A DNA stretch of 64,000 nucleotides from Lama guanicoe (Eukaryota), in the NCBI GenBank assembly GCA_013239625.1, contig MU053881.1:12104879-12168878 (forward strand). The letters are read 5' to 3'. The notes beneath the pieces are model-generated. The model did not search any database and was not told the DNA's origin. It saw only the letters and a program-made list of their open reading frames with translations. The position numbers and the translations under genes are program-made. Numbering within the stretch: the stretch's first letter is position 1; the number at the start of each line of letters is the position of its first letter. Of the stretch, positions 24,701 through 36,325 are shown piece after piece.

Positions 24701-25379
24701 ATTACACTCTAGCCAATAGAAGAAACTTCTCTAACAAACAAAAAAAAATTGTGTATCCCCAGCTTCTTTTAAGAGGCAACATGCCATTTCAAAGTTTGTC
24801 TAAACCTTCTTTGTGTTCAACTCTTTATGTTTTCCACCTCAGCTATCTGCTAGTGATTCTGTAGTGTTTTCCTTTATTCTTTCCTACATTTACTTCACTC
24901 AAATCACACAATATCTCCTTGGGCTGGTATTTCCGTATCGGACAGAGAGTCAATTTTCTACTTAACCAGTGTTTCTAACTCTGGTTTCATAAACTAACAC
25001 TTTGTCCCCAATTCTTTATCATTTTTTAAATGGCATTATGTCTTTCTGAGGTGTGACTGCTAGAATTATACCCAGTATTTCAGGATAACTTGGGCAGCTG
25101 TGTTGAGTCTGGTTCGCGGTTATATTTAAATAAGCCCTGCTCTCAAGAAGCTTGAGAAGCTGAGCTCAATATAGTTGAGAAGAGAGACTAATCTATGGCC
25201 ATAATGCTTGTTCAATGATGTAGGTATATTTTATGTTATCTCCTACCCACAATGCCCTTCATCTTTCTCCACTTACCCAAATGCCATGCACCTTCCCATC
25301 TTGTAAGATGAATGGGATTTTCATAGAAAGCTGTGAAAAAAAGTTGGAGAATATGGTAAGATAAAGGAATACCATAAAA

Positions 25380-25690
25380 CAATACTTCCCAAACTTGTTG
25401 CCTGCCCATCAGAGTTTTGCAGACTACCAATAAATGTGCTACGGACATGTCCTAGTTCAAACTAGTTGGAGAAAGGCTGATTTAAACAGAGTAAAAGACC
25501 TTTTTATGTTTTTGTTTGTGTTTTCTTAAAAACACTGGGAATTTTCAGAGCCTTCAGTATGTTCTTGCACATTGTAAATCTACAAGACGGGGATACAATA
25601 TACTATTTCCCCAAAATAGTTGACCATGTAACTCTAGTTAACATATCTTAGAACTAATACGCCATAGAACACAGTTTTGGAAACACATTA
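25380..25690 (-). mobile_element. MER103-like hAT-Charlie element
   Basis: ttttcagagccttcagtatg..gcacattgtaaatctacaagacggggata..tttccccaaa..ttgaccat..gaacacagttttggaaacac. Confidence 0.7.
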
Positions 25691-28600
25691 CAAAAACCCA
25701 GTAGCCTAGAGGTAAAACAAGCATTATTTAGGGGGACACAAGAAAACCAAACAAAGTTAATCAGAGCATCATCCTGAAGATTTGTGGAATCTGATAGGTA
25801 GAGGGTAGGAAGCAAGACCTAGCAAAGGGATTTGTTCCTGATGCTGTAAGAAACAGGAGATCATTTTCATGGAGCACACTATTGTAAGCACTCAGTCATG
25901 TAAAGATCTACAAGTCTGGCTACATCACAATAATCCCAATACATGTTTTTGCTTAGCAAAATCAAGCTCCTAGCAAATCACTGTTGTTTTTAGTCAAATA
26001 CAATTAACATAAAACATTTGGCCTTCTGACATCATTAACTTCCTACTCTGTGCAAATAATTTCTATCAATTGACATCAGAAAAAAAATTGGTAGTCTGTT
26101 CAGTGGAAAATTACATTATGACTTTATTCAGAAAGGCTGAGGTATAAATTAATTTTTCAAATCACCAAATGAAAACGAGTTATTGTTTTCTGAAAACAGA
26201 ACAAGCAGACATGCATGATAGAAAACTTTCTAAATTGTCTTTCCTGGGGAAGCTGTATCACTTAAAAAAAAAAAGATATACAGGATCATCTTGTTACTTA
26301 AAGACATGGAGGTAAATCTCAGATGAAATAGCTAAAATAGGTTAAAATAATTTTTCTGGAAATTAATGTAGGGGAAGGAGGTTGATACAGAAAGATCAAG
26401 ATACAGTTGTTTTTAGCTGTTAGATACTTGAACACTTATGTAAATTATTTTGGCAAAGAATTAAATACTTTTTATAAAGTTTGCAATGCTCATCTTCCAT
26501 TTAATGCTCATTTGCTAAAATATATTTATTAAGGAATAAATATTTAACCTGAAGACGATATGACTATGATATATGGTTAATGCTGTGACAGGGGGCCAAT
26601 TTAAAGTCTGACTTACTAGTAAAATATCCACTCTCTCTTTACCAAGCAAAGAGTTTAAAATAGTATCAATGATGTCATCTGTATGTTTAATCAGGAAACT
26701 TTTAAAACTTGAATCACTTCGAATGGGGTTTTCCCCCTTTGATTTGAGAATACAATTTACTTCCTTCTTCCCTAGGCATTTATTATGCGTTATTTATCAG
26801 ACTATTAATCCCTAACAATTAGCCCAGAAACCCTTTGATCAAAGGTCCATAATTTCTCCAGTTCTTATCTCATATGGTCCCTTCCTACAACAGAAGGTAC
26901 ATGGTGAAGGAAGAAATAAAGGAGAGAGGGAGGGTGGTTAGAAGAAACAAATTTGGCAATTCCTATCCAGGGTTTGTTTTTTTTGTTTTTTTTTATACAA
27001 ATAAAAGTGTTTTAAAACAATCTTGAGCTTCAGCAGCATTGTTTTTCTGCGCTTTGGGTGTTTTTATTTAATTATATAAGAATAATCTCAGAAGCTCATA
27101 GTTTCAATTTATCTGATTTAAAAAAGCTAGAGAATTACCCTTCATAACATTTAATTAAACATTTTTATCAATTACACTGAATAAATAAATATACAGTCAC
27201 AAGTACCGCTAGTTCAGTTGGTGTTTAAAAAGCCGGCATATATTAAAGCCCCGGCTCGGCTATGCTACACATTAGCTTCGGTTAGCAAACATAGCAATTG
27301 TTTTTCCTAAGAAAATGGTTTCTTTTAATTAAAGCTTTTGCTCTTCTCTTAGCATTATGTGCCATGCAAAATAAACATAAAATAGTTACTGTCGACTTTT
27401 TCCTCAGCTTTCTCAGTCCAGATTCAGAATAATTTGAATCAGAATAATTTCTTACGGAGTTATCTACTTGGGGTGGGAGAAAAATATATATATACTACTG
27501 GCAATTTTGTACTATCAATAAATTATACTATTTAGAAATAGAAAACTCTAATCAAAAACTTGATGAGACATTATGAAGTGGGATCTTACACCTCCTTTTC
27601 ACTCAATGGCTAACAAATGACATCTCTAGTTTTATACTGAGATGTCTGTTGAAAAAAATTGAGTCACATGGGAACATGAGTGTTTCAAACACTGAAGATC
27701 AGGTAGAAATAAAGAATATGGACCTTGAGCCGAGGGTTACTTACCAAAACTCGGTGTTTCTTTCTCTTTGAAATACTGTAATTAGTTAAGGGTAAACTAC
27801 TTTTGAATTCATTCTGATTTTTTAAACTACTCTCTGATCATAATAAAAACTGACCTATTCCTCCATTACAGTTTAGAAATGCTGTAATTCTTTCTTGCAT
27901 CTGTTTCTTTCTCTCCCTCCAAATATACTTCACTCATGTCCCAGATCTACCTTTTAAACATGAGTATTAGATGAAAGAATGTTCACTTAGTATGCCTGAA
28001 CTATCAAAAATAAGTGTGTTTCTGCTGGATTTTTCTCTTCAAGTGAATGTTAGCAGACATTTTAGAAGCTCTGGAATCAATTCCTCCTATAGAACCACTT
28101 GCAGTGGAAACTAAGGATAGAATTGCCAGTCTTTACACTCGTCTCTGTGACTCAAGTTTTTAAAAAGTTCAGTGGAACTATTTTATGGTCCTATGTGATG
28201 CTAAATACAGGTTTCATTTTTTTCCTTTTTTTTTTTTTTTAGAATTTGTGATCACTAATTATTACATTATTATTATTCAAACAAAAGTATAGTTAGATTT
28301 TTGTTTCCTCTTAAAAGCCTTCTGATTCTTACCAATACATAACAATCTGGCTTAAGAAACCCAAATTTAGTCCAATGTAAGAAATGTCAAAATAATTCTC
28401 CACACAACATTAAGCCAATCCAGGCTCTTTTGGCAAGGTTCTGCTGTTCAGATTTATATTATTTAAAATCGAACATCATTTCAATAATTGGTGATGAAAT
28501 GTTACCACTTCTAAGGAAAATAAATCTTAAACATTTGCCAGAAAAAGATAAATTGTTTCTGGCTCTGCCACTGATATCTTCACTGTTGTGGGGTAAACTA

Positions 28601-29259
28601 TGTTAAGATTTCACTTTTTAATCAGCTGTTTGGAATTCATTGGGCTTTTTCAGCTATGGCTAAACAGAAGCCCACCTCCCCAGCAAAGTGTGTGTTTTTG
28701 TGTATACAGAAGTTAAAAGAGTAGGTCACAAAACTAGAGATACAAAGTTCATCTTTCCTCCTAAGAACCCAGAATTAGGATTAGAATGAGGAAATGTAAC
28801 CTCTGTCTGCCCCTCTTTAAAGGGGCAAGCATGCCTGCCACCTGCCCCATGTCTCTGTCTGTCCCCACACTCTTTCTCTCCCTCCTACTTAATGGAAGGA
28901 GAATCTCTTTTCTCATTCTGAACTAAGTCCTTACTTTCATGCCTTCATTTTGAAAAAAAAAATTTTTTTGGACTGTTGAGAGAGTTTGTTTTACTAACTA
29001 ATAGGAAAATCTTTGTCAAAACTCAAATGGTATTGACTCAGTCAGTGAGCACTGTGGGACCCAGCTGAGAGTCACTTGAAACAAGGACTGAGAGATACAA
29101 GCTGGACCTTTCACCAGTGCCCCTCCTGCAGATGCAGCCATACAGGAGAGTTCTCATCAACAGATCAGAGCCCCGGAGTACTAAATATACTCCACAAGCA
29201 AAGAAATAAGGGCACTTATGGATTAAAGCACTATAATGGGAATAAAACAAAAGGAATCC

Positions 29260-29475
29260 AGTTTGAGGTGAAAGAATTAGCTTTACAGTTAAAATACCTT
29301 GGATTCAATTTCTGACTGTATTACTGTTAGCCAAGTCATCCCGGCAAAACTTAACCTCCAAGCATATCTATTTCAACATTCATAAGAGGGAGATAACATT
29401 ATCTACTTGGTAGGGCTGGTGAAGTAAATGAGATAATGCATGTAAAGCTTATGACACGGCAGTCTTTACCAAATG
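29260..29475 (+). mobile_element. MIR
   Basis: ggattcaatttctgactg..ggcaaaacttaacctc..taaatgagataatgcatgtaaagc. Confidence 0.7.
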
Positions 29476-31269
29476 TGTGTGTAAGCTCAGGAGTAGGAAG
29501 GTAGGCAATTGGACATAATTCACAGAAGAATGCAGAGAAGGATCTGTCATTCCCTCATTTGGTCAAGGCCTCCTGGAATGCCTGTCCCTAAAATTTCTTC
29601 CCCAAAGTATAGAGTGCCAGAATAAAGGGTACTTTCACAATGAGCAGCTTAGAGACTGCATGCAACAACTGGGATTGGCTAACTTCTATTTATCCTTCCA
29701 TTCTGAATCTAAGTACTCCAAGAAACTTTATCTTCCTCACTGGCCTGCCTCCCAAAGACGAGGCTAGGCCAGCAATCCTTCTAGCTGGTCCAAGAGCTAT
29801 GCCCTGTGCTATAACGTAAATCACTAACTTGTCACATCTTTATTTATCATAGTGGGAGATTCTTTAGAACAGGAAGCATTTCTTTGTCACTACTGCATCT
29901 CTAGCAATCAACACAGAATCGGACAGATGAGTGGCCAGAGTGAGTATCTGCTGGTTGGTTTTTAGTAATCCGGCATCCAAAATCCCTCTAACTTTTGGTG
30001 AAAACTCTAGTGCATGAGTACTGGTGGTGCTCAGGGCTGATAGAAGCCCTATGGTACCAGAAATTCTCATTTTATCATACCTGGAAGTTAAGCCTTCAGC
30101 ATGAGACTTAGGCTGGACCCACTGGACACCTTTGCACAGGGCTCTGAAGCCACAAGAAGTGAGACAAAGCATGTGAGGCAAAGATTATTCACAGGGGCAT
30201 CTGTGCCATCAGGAGTCCAGTATTGGCAATCATAGTCATAAAAAGATCACAGGCACCTTTGACACCTACCCTGCCAAGGTCTGTGTTATCATTTGCCTTA
30301 TGTCCTCAGTCTAGGTCTCTGATTCTATGAACTGCACAATTTTCTACAAATAAATCAATTTTCTGTTTATATTAGTCACTCATGATTTCTTTTGTTTACA
30401 ACCAAGACACCTAAATAAGGAAAGAACTCAAAATTTCAGTAAGTGGATGGTCGTATGGATAGACTGATGCACAAGTAATCAAGTCAGAAAATGAATGAAT
30501 AAAACGATCAAAGGAAGACTAGGCTCAATTTCCAGGGTGTTTGCTGTTCTTTCTCTCCCTCCTCCCACGACTTGCCCTACCAAACTATTCCTTAATAACA
30601 ATTAATATTTAAAACAAACATTCCAGTTTCCTGGAGACCATTAAGGTTCTTGTACAACTTGTAATAGTGATTCCTAAGACAGTGGTTTAATTGTGCTCAA
30701 CTAGACTGTGAACTAGCTGAAGTAGAAGCACTGTATCCTCTCTTTTAAGCTCATTTACATTTTTGAAACTAAGGAAGCGATTAGAAGAAAGGAAATGAGC
30801 ATCTTTTCATTTACAAAAAACTTAGCTGAGCTTAGTACTATAGTAAAGCTTGAGTTTCACTAAATAATTCTGTTCATGGTTCTAAACAGCAATTAGAAGT
30901 CTTCCTATGAGAATCCCACAGGTACCTTAAATTAAACACGTCTTTAAAAATTAATTTGCCTCTTTAATTCTCAACATGGTTTAAAATTTTGTTTATTCTT
31001 CATGCTCTAGATGAAAATATGAGCCTATAGATAGACTTCCACCACTTTTTACCTTCAAATTTCCTTAAAATTAGTTAAGAAATGTGACAGAACAAATACG
31101 TACTACTACTAGAAAAAAATGTTTTTAAGTGTTCCATACAAGTGCTAGTTGTTTTGAGGCAGTTCTGCAAATACTGGAAGGAAGGAATAGAGACTAAAAT
31201 TTCCATTATGTGAAGGAAATGCCAAGACAGGGAGTAAGTGAAGAAGTCCCCAGCAGAACCATTCTCAGA

Positions 31270-31482
31270 TGGAAGGAAGGAAGGAAGGGAGAAAGGAAGA
31301 AAGAAAAGAAGAAGGAAAGAAGGAAGGAAGGAAGGACAGAAAGAAAAGACAAGAAAAACAAGAAAAGGAAGGAAGGAAGAGAAAGAAAGAAAGACAAAAG
31401 GAAGGAAGAGAGAGAGAAAAGAGAGAAAAGAGAAAGAAAGAAAGAAAGAAAAGGGAAAGAAAGAAAGAGAAAGAAAGAAAGA
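31270..31482. repeat. Long purine-rich (GGAA/GAAA)n low-complexity tract
   Basis: About 210 bp of almost pure A/G with a few C interruptions. Confidence 0.97.
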
Positions 31483-32487
31483 ATCCTATTAGATTTTTGT
31501 TTGTTTTTACATGGCAGCACTGAAATGTGGGAATCTACGAAATCTCATTTTAAATCAGAGGAAACCTTTGACTGCTCTGACTAATCAAGCACAGTAGACG
31601 TAACTCTGACTTCCAAGATTTTTTAAACAGCTAAAAGACCATGCAGTCTGTGCTTTGTTCAATGGAACACTGTCTAAGGGAGCCCTGGGCTCCATGAGGA
31701 AGGTCTTACTACTCTGAGAAGCCCACGTTGGGGGAGCCACTCTGGTCAACCCTCCCAGCTAAGTCCTGCTTCCAGGCATCTACGCCAAGGTGCCAGACAT
31801 GTGACTGAAGCCAGTACTCCCAACCAGCTGTTTTACTAGCAGAATGTCACGGAGTGACCTCCATGAATGTCCCCTTCATCAAAAGGGAAACAAAGTCATG
31901 CCCTGCCTGAATGCCTGACCCAGAAATTTGACAGAAGTAATAAAAAGGCTCATGGCCTAAGTCCCTAGGTTTGGGGGTAGTTTGGTATATAGCAATAGAA
32001 ATTCTTAACAGAAGTGGTAAACATAAAGGTACAACATATGGCGTGGATTTGGCAAACAAGCAATGAATGAAAGCATGACAGGACTCAAGCCGGCTGTCAA
32101 AGGATTTGACAGAAAGTGAGGAAAAAATATTGTGTAAATTCTTATTATGCAATAGCAGAAAGTTTGGCAACACTGTCACCTGAGATAACACGGGAAACAG
32201 GACACATACTTAATGAATTCAATGACTTACTAAGGACATTTCTGGATAGTGTTGGAGATACCATCTGACCTATCCTCAATGCCTATAATAAAATGAAAGA
32301 GAAAAGCAATAAATCAAAGTATGAACTCTTCAGTTCTTGAACAGAATCTGAAGGAAATGTAAAGGGTCCAGGATATCCTTTCCAAGCAACCCAGTGTTCT
32401 CAAAGATATAGCCTTGGGGAAGAGATCAAATTCCGAGCATTGCAATAAAACACAGCCTCAAGGAATCCAAGTTTTGGCTGTAAGACC

Positions 32488-32551
32488 TTTTTTTTTTTTT
32501 AATTATTGAAGTGTAGTCAGTTACAATGTGTCAATTTCTGGTGTACAGCAC
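32488..32551 (-). mobile_element. Young L1 3' terminus plus poly(A), forming the tail of a U6-L1 chimera
   Basis: Reverse complement gtgctgtacaccagaaattgacacattgtaactgactacacttcaataatt(A)n matches the other L1 ends in this window. Confidence 0.9.
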
Positions 32552-32659
32552 AAAATACATGGAACACTTCATGAATTTGCCTGTCATCCTTGCACAGGGG
32601 CCATGCTAATCTTCTCTATACCATTCCAATTCTACTATATGTGCTGCCAAAGCAAGCAA
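32552..32659 (-). pseudogene. RNU6: Full-length U6 snRNA retropseudogene
   Basis: Reverse complement tgcttgctttggcagcacatatagtagaattggaatggtatagagaagattagcatggcccctgtgcaaggatgacaggcaaattcatgaagtgttccatgtatttt is U6 with CpG decay. Confidence 0.97.
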
Positions 32660-34399
32660 AGATCCTTTCTTAAGATGTGAAAAGATTTAAGTCAGTACCT
32701 CAAACACCCTTTCACTTACAAAGAGAAGCTTCCAAAGAACATTAAAAGAGCATGCCTTACAGACCCTCTCAACCAGACAATAGTGCCTCTGAGACGCATA
32801 AGAACCCCAAAATCTATGGACAGAGAACAGATGAAGAAAGTTACTTGGCTGCGATATTGACTGTTTGAAGGAAATTACTACTCAGAGTGAAGAACCAAGA
32901 GGTGCAGAGAATCATTCGGAGAGCAAGACTGAGCCCTATTCTTGAAACTGACAATATGTACACAGCTGAATCTCAGAACTGCCACATACTTCTCATTTTC
33001 CTCCTTGACTGGACAGGGGTGTCTAATGTGTCTAGTCTCCATCACTGTATCTGACCTGTCCGTGTGTTGAGGATGGGAGGGAGATCAGGCATTATCCCTC
33101 AAGCTCACAATTCTTCAGAACAGGAACTTTGCCCAAGTAACTGAACTCAAAGAGCCGCATCTGCTCCTGGACAGATAAATGAAACTGAAATGAGATCCTG
33201 GACCTCAACTCACCTCGAAGGCAGGTTATGTTAGTTTTAAGACAGGATGCAAAATCTTTGACACGTCTCTCATCAAGAAGTGGGGCTTACATACCCTCTC
33301 CTTGAAGTGAGATAAGCTAGTGGGTGTTTCAACTAATAGGATATAGCAGAAGTGATGCTAAATGACTTCCAGAGGGTAGTTCAGGAAAGGCTTCTGCCTT
33401 CTTCAGTGGACGTTTGATCACCGTGAGGCTGCCATCATGGAGAGACCATCTACAAGCAATCCAGTTGACAGTTCCAGCTGAGTCCTCCTGCCAACTGTTC
33501 CCCCACCAAGGCTCTGGGATGTCGGTGAAGCCATCCTGGAGGTGCTGGGGCAGCCCTCACCAGCTGAATGCCATGAAGTGAGCTCCATTCATAACACACA
33601 GAGGACTCACTCAGACAAGCTCAAGCCCTGCCTAAATTCTCAACTCAGAAAATCATTAAGATGTAATAAAATGTGTGTTGCTTTAAACTGACAAGTTTTG
33701 GGGTCACTCACTACATAGCCACAGAGAAATCAAACACTTAATGCTTTTAGAGGGTCTACCATGCACTTCAAGCCATGTTTTAGAAGACCCACCATGAGGA
33801 TTACAACCTCTTACAAATAATAAGCTAGGTAATGTGGGGGCTACTGCTGGTGATGCCACTAAAAGAAAGAGTTAGTCCCAGATGAATTCAGCAAACCACA
33901 AAATAAAAACCCCTTTCTCTTAAAGGAGCACTGCCCCACAGATATACCCAGCCAGCCACAGTATCTTCCCTGTTCTTCACCAAGCTTCAAGCTGGGAAGG
34001 CCAAATTACAGAGAATTCTTCTTTCCTTCCTCTTTTTCATTGGTTTTCTCTGAAATATATGTATAGGTACTTAAAAAAACTAACTGAATTAAGTCTAAAT
34101 CTAAATTCCTGACAAATATCAATGTAAACAAACAGAGAATAGTCTTTGGGTCCACAGGAAAATTTAGAAATTGAAAACAAGGGGAGTAACTTGCTTTGCA
34201 AAAAGCCCCCTCTTGAGAACTAGAAATTGGGGTACTTTTTTTTTTTTAATCCAGAGCCCCACTTCATCCAATCACCTCTCTAAGCTTTGCCAATCCTCAA
34301 TCAAGAGACTAAGAAACTGAAAATCTGAGCAGGAATTTTTGTAGTCAACTCCTTTATCCACCCAAATGGAAAATTCGATGGATCACAGAACCAAAATGT

Positions 34400-35165
34400 A
34401 ATGATCAAGAACAAAATGCTTTGAGAAGGCAAAACAGAAGACTATTTCTGTGATCAAGGGATAGGCCTGGAAGGAACATAAAAGCACAAATACCCCAAAA
34501 AAGGATAAACTGAACTTCAACAAAATGTCTGCCCATCAAAAGATACCAAGTAAGAAAATGAACAAACAAACCACAGACTTGGAAAAACACCTGCAGCACA
34601 TACAACTGACAAAGGACTTGTATTCGGAAGAAAGAACCCCTAAAACTACCAATAAAAATACCCCCAAATTCCTAACTTATAAAACGGATCCAAGACTTAA
34701 ACTGACACTTGACAGTGAAACATATTTATCTGGCCAAGAAAAACAAGAACGTGTGCTCAACATTATTAGTCACCTAGAAAAAACAAATTAAAAATCGCAT
34801 TGAGATACTATTTCAAACATGACAGACAATTGAAAACAGAATGTTGGTGAGAATGTGGAACAATCAGTTCTCTTTCTGTGTTAAGAATGTGAATGATACA
34901 ACCACCTGGGCGGACTGCTGACATCTTTTGATAAATAAAACATAGAGCTGCCTTATGATCCAGCATGTCTACTCCTAGATACCCACAAGAGAAATGAAAA
35001 TATATGTCTATACAAAGACTTATACAAGAAATGTTTACAGCAACCTTATTCATAATAGCCAAATATTAAGGCAACCCAAATGTCCATGAAGAAGACAACA
35101 GAAAAACAAAATGTAGCTGAGCCACACAATGGAATATTACTCAGCAATAAAAAATAAAGAAAATA
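34400..35165 (+). mobile_element. Old L1M ORF2 3' region
   Basis: gataaactgaacttcaacaaa, tgttggtgagaatgtggaac, aatgtttacagcaaccttattcataatagccaaa, caatggaatattactcagcaataaaaa. Confidence 0.8.
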
Positions 35166-35379
35166 AATTGATAGTCTTTGCTCCATAAATTCCACTTCCA
35201 GAAATTATAGAGGAAATAAATTAGAAAGATGTGCAAATTTTAACTACAAGATAGACATTACAGAATGTTTATAATAGTAAGTAATTGAATCAATTGGAGT
35301 TTCTAGAATTAGGAAATAGATTAAATGAGCTGTAGTTCATACACACAATGGGAAAATATCAAAAACTAAAACTAGGGAA

Positions 35380-35553
35380 GGGGGAGGGTATAGCTCAAGT
35401 GGTAGAGTGCATGCTTAGCATAGACAAGGTCCTGTGTTCAATCCCCAGTATCTCCTCTAAAAATAAATAAATAAGTAAACCTAATTACAGCCCTCCCCTG
35501 CCAAACAAAACAAAATAAAATAAATATGAAAGTGAAAATATAAATAAATAAAT
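35380..35553 (+). mobile_element. Camelid tRNA-derived SINE (Vic-1 type)
   Basis: ggggagggtatagctcaagtggtagagtgcatgcttagcat..aggtcctgtgttcaatccccagta, A-rich tail; TSD about taaaactagg / taaaagtagg. Confidence 0.92.
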
Positions 35554-35749
35554 AAAAGTAGGATGCAGATTTATGGAAAACTGGTCACAACATATCAATT
35601 GACTATGCCAGCTTACAGAATAATATATAGTATTATATGTTATAGACAATGGATGAATGTCCACATAAAGTTATATTTAACAATAATATGTGTGTATTTG
35701 TGTATGTGTGTCTCCTTGTGTGTGATGTGCTTGTGTCCCAAGTGTATGT

Positions 35750-36097
35750 ATATTCTACAGTGGCAGCGTCAAAATATTTGCCATAGCCCTCGTTGAGGCC
35801 ATAAACCTTTCCTTTCTTTTTAGTCTCGACATTTTCTTCCACCAGGATAAATTCACCAAGAGCTGCTGGGTCAGGCATGAAGAGGCCGACTCCTTCCCCA
35901 GGGGAAAGAGCCACCAGGGCTGTGCTTCCACAGAGCCCACAGCCGGCCGCCACAATGTTGCAGCCCGGCTGCAGGGCATCCTTTTCAAAAGGTTCATCCT
36001 GTAAGGTCTTCCTGTAGAAGGGAAATATGGTTCCCATGGAAGCCAGGCAGTTGATGGAGGATCCATCCAGCAGGTCAGAGCAGACCACGTATTTCCC
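35750..36097 (-). pseudogene. FBP2: Truncated retrocopy of muscle fructose-1,6-bisphosphatase (about codons 112-227)
   Basis: Translation [101 protein letters not shown] and KYFDAAT are FBP2-type. It runs through two parental intron positions, and the DPLDGS motif is altered. Confidence 0.93.
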
Positions 36098-36325
36098 CAG
36101 GGGCACAGAAGGCAGAACCACCTAATCAGGTCACCTTCCCACCAACACGCTCTGTGGAAGGGCTGTGTGTGTCAGATAACACCACATCAAAAGCGATTTA
36201 GAGCCAAGGGATATCCTTACCAAAAAGTGAAATTCTGAAAACTTCTTTTAAATAAATATACATCTTTGGAAAGATATATGCCAATTTGCTACTGGCAATT
36301 ATCTCTGAATGGGAAACTCATAAGA

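Larger units (their letters stand above)
31510..33736 (+). mobile_element. MaLR (MLT1) element with two LTRs (about 31510-32010 and 33229-33736) and an internal segment
   Basis: Both LTRs share MLT1 motifs (tgacttcc, ccagctaagtcct/ccagctgagtcct, tgaagcca, gccctgcct, gtttgggggt..atagc..aaca); the intervening sequence is MLT1-int-like (gcagaaagtttggcaacactgtcacctg). Confidence 0.75.

Noticed and set aside
31206..31584. Several 84-124 aa K/E/R- or F/L/S-rich ORFs
   Set aside because: Artefacts of the GGAA/GAAA tract
32552..32659. Functional U6 gene
   Set aside because: ACAGAGA box mutated (atagaga), CpG decay, L1 tail and TSD, and no recognisable upstream PSE/TATA
35380..35455. tRNA genes at the SINE heads (also 3501, 41535, 52201)
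   Set aside because: A/B boxes are present but followed by a SINE body, A-rich tail and TSD; two copies have internal deletions
35633..36121. 162-aa ORF as a functional FBPase gene
   Set aside because: It covers only about one third of the protein, has an altered metal-binding motif, no ATG start and non-homologous ends
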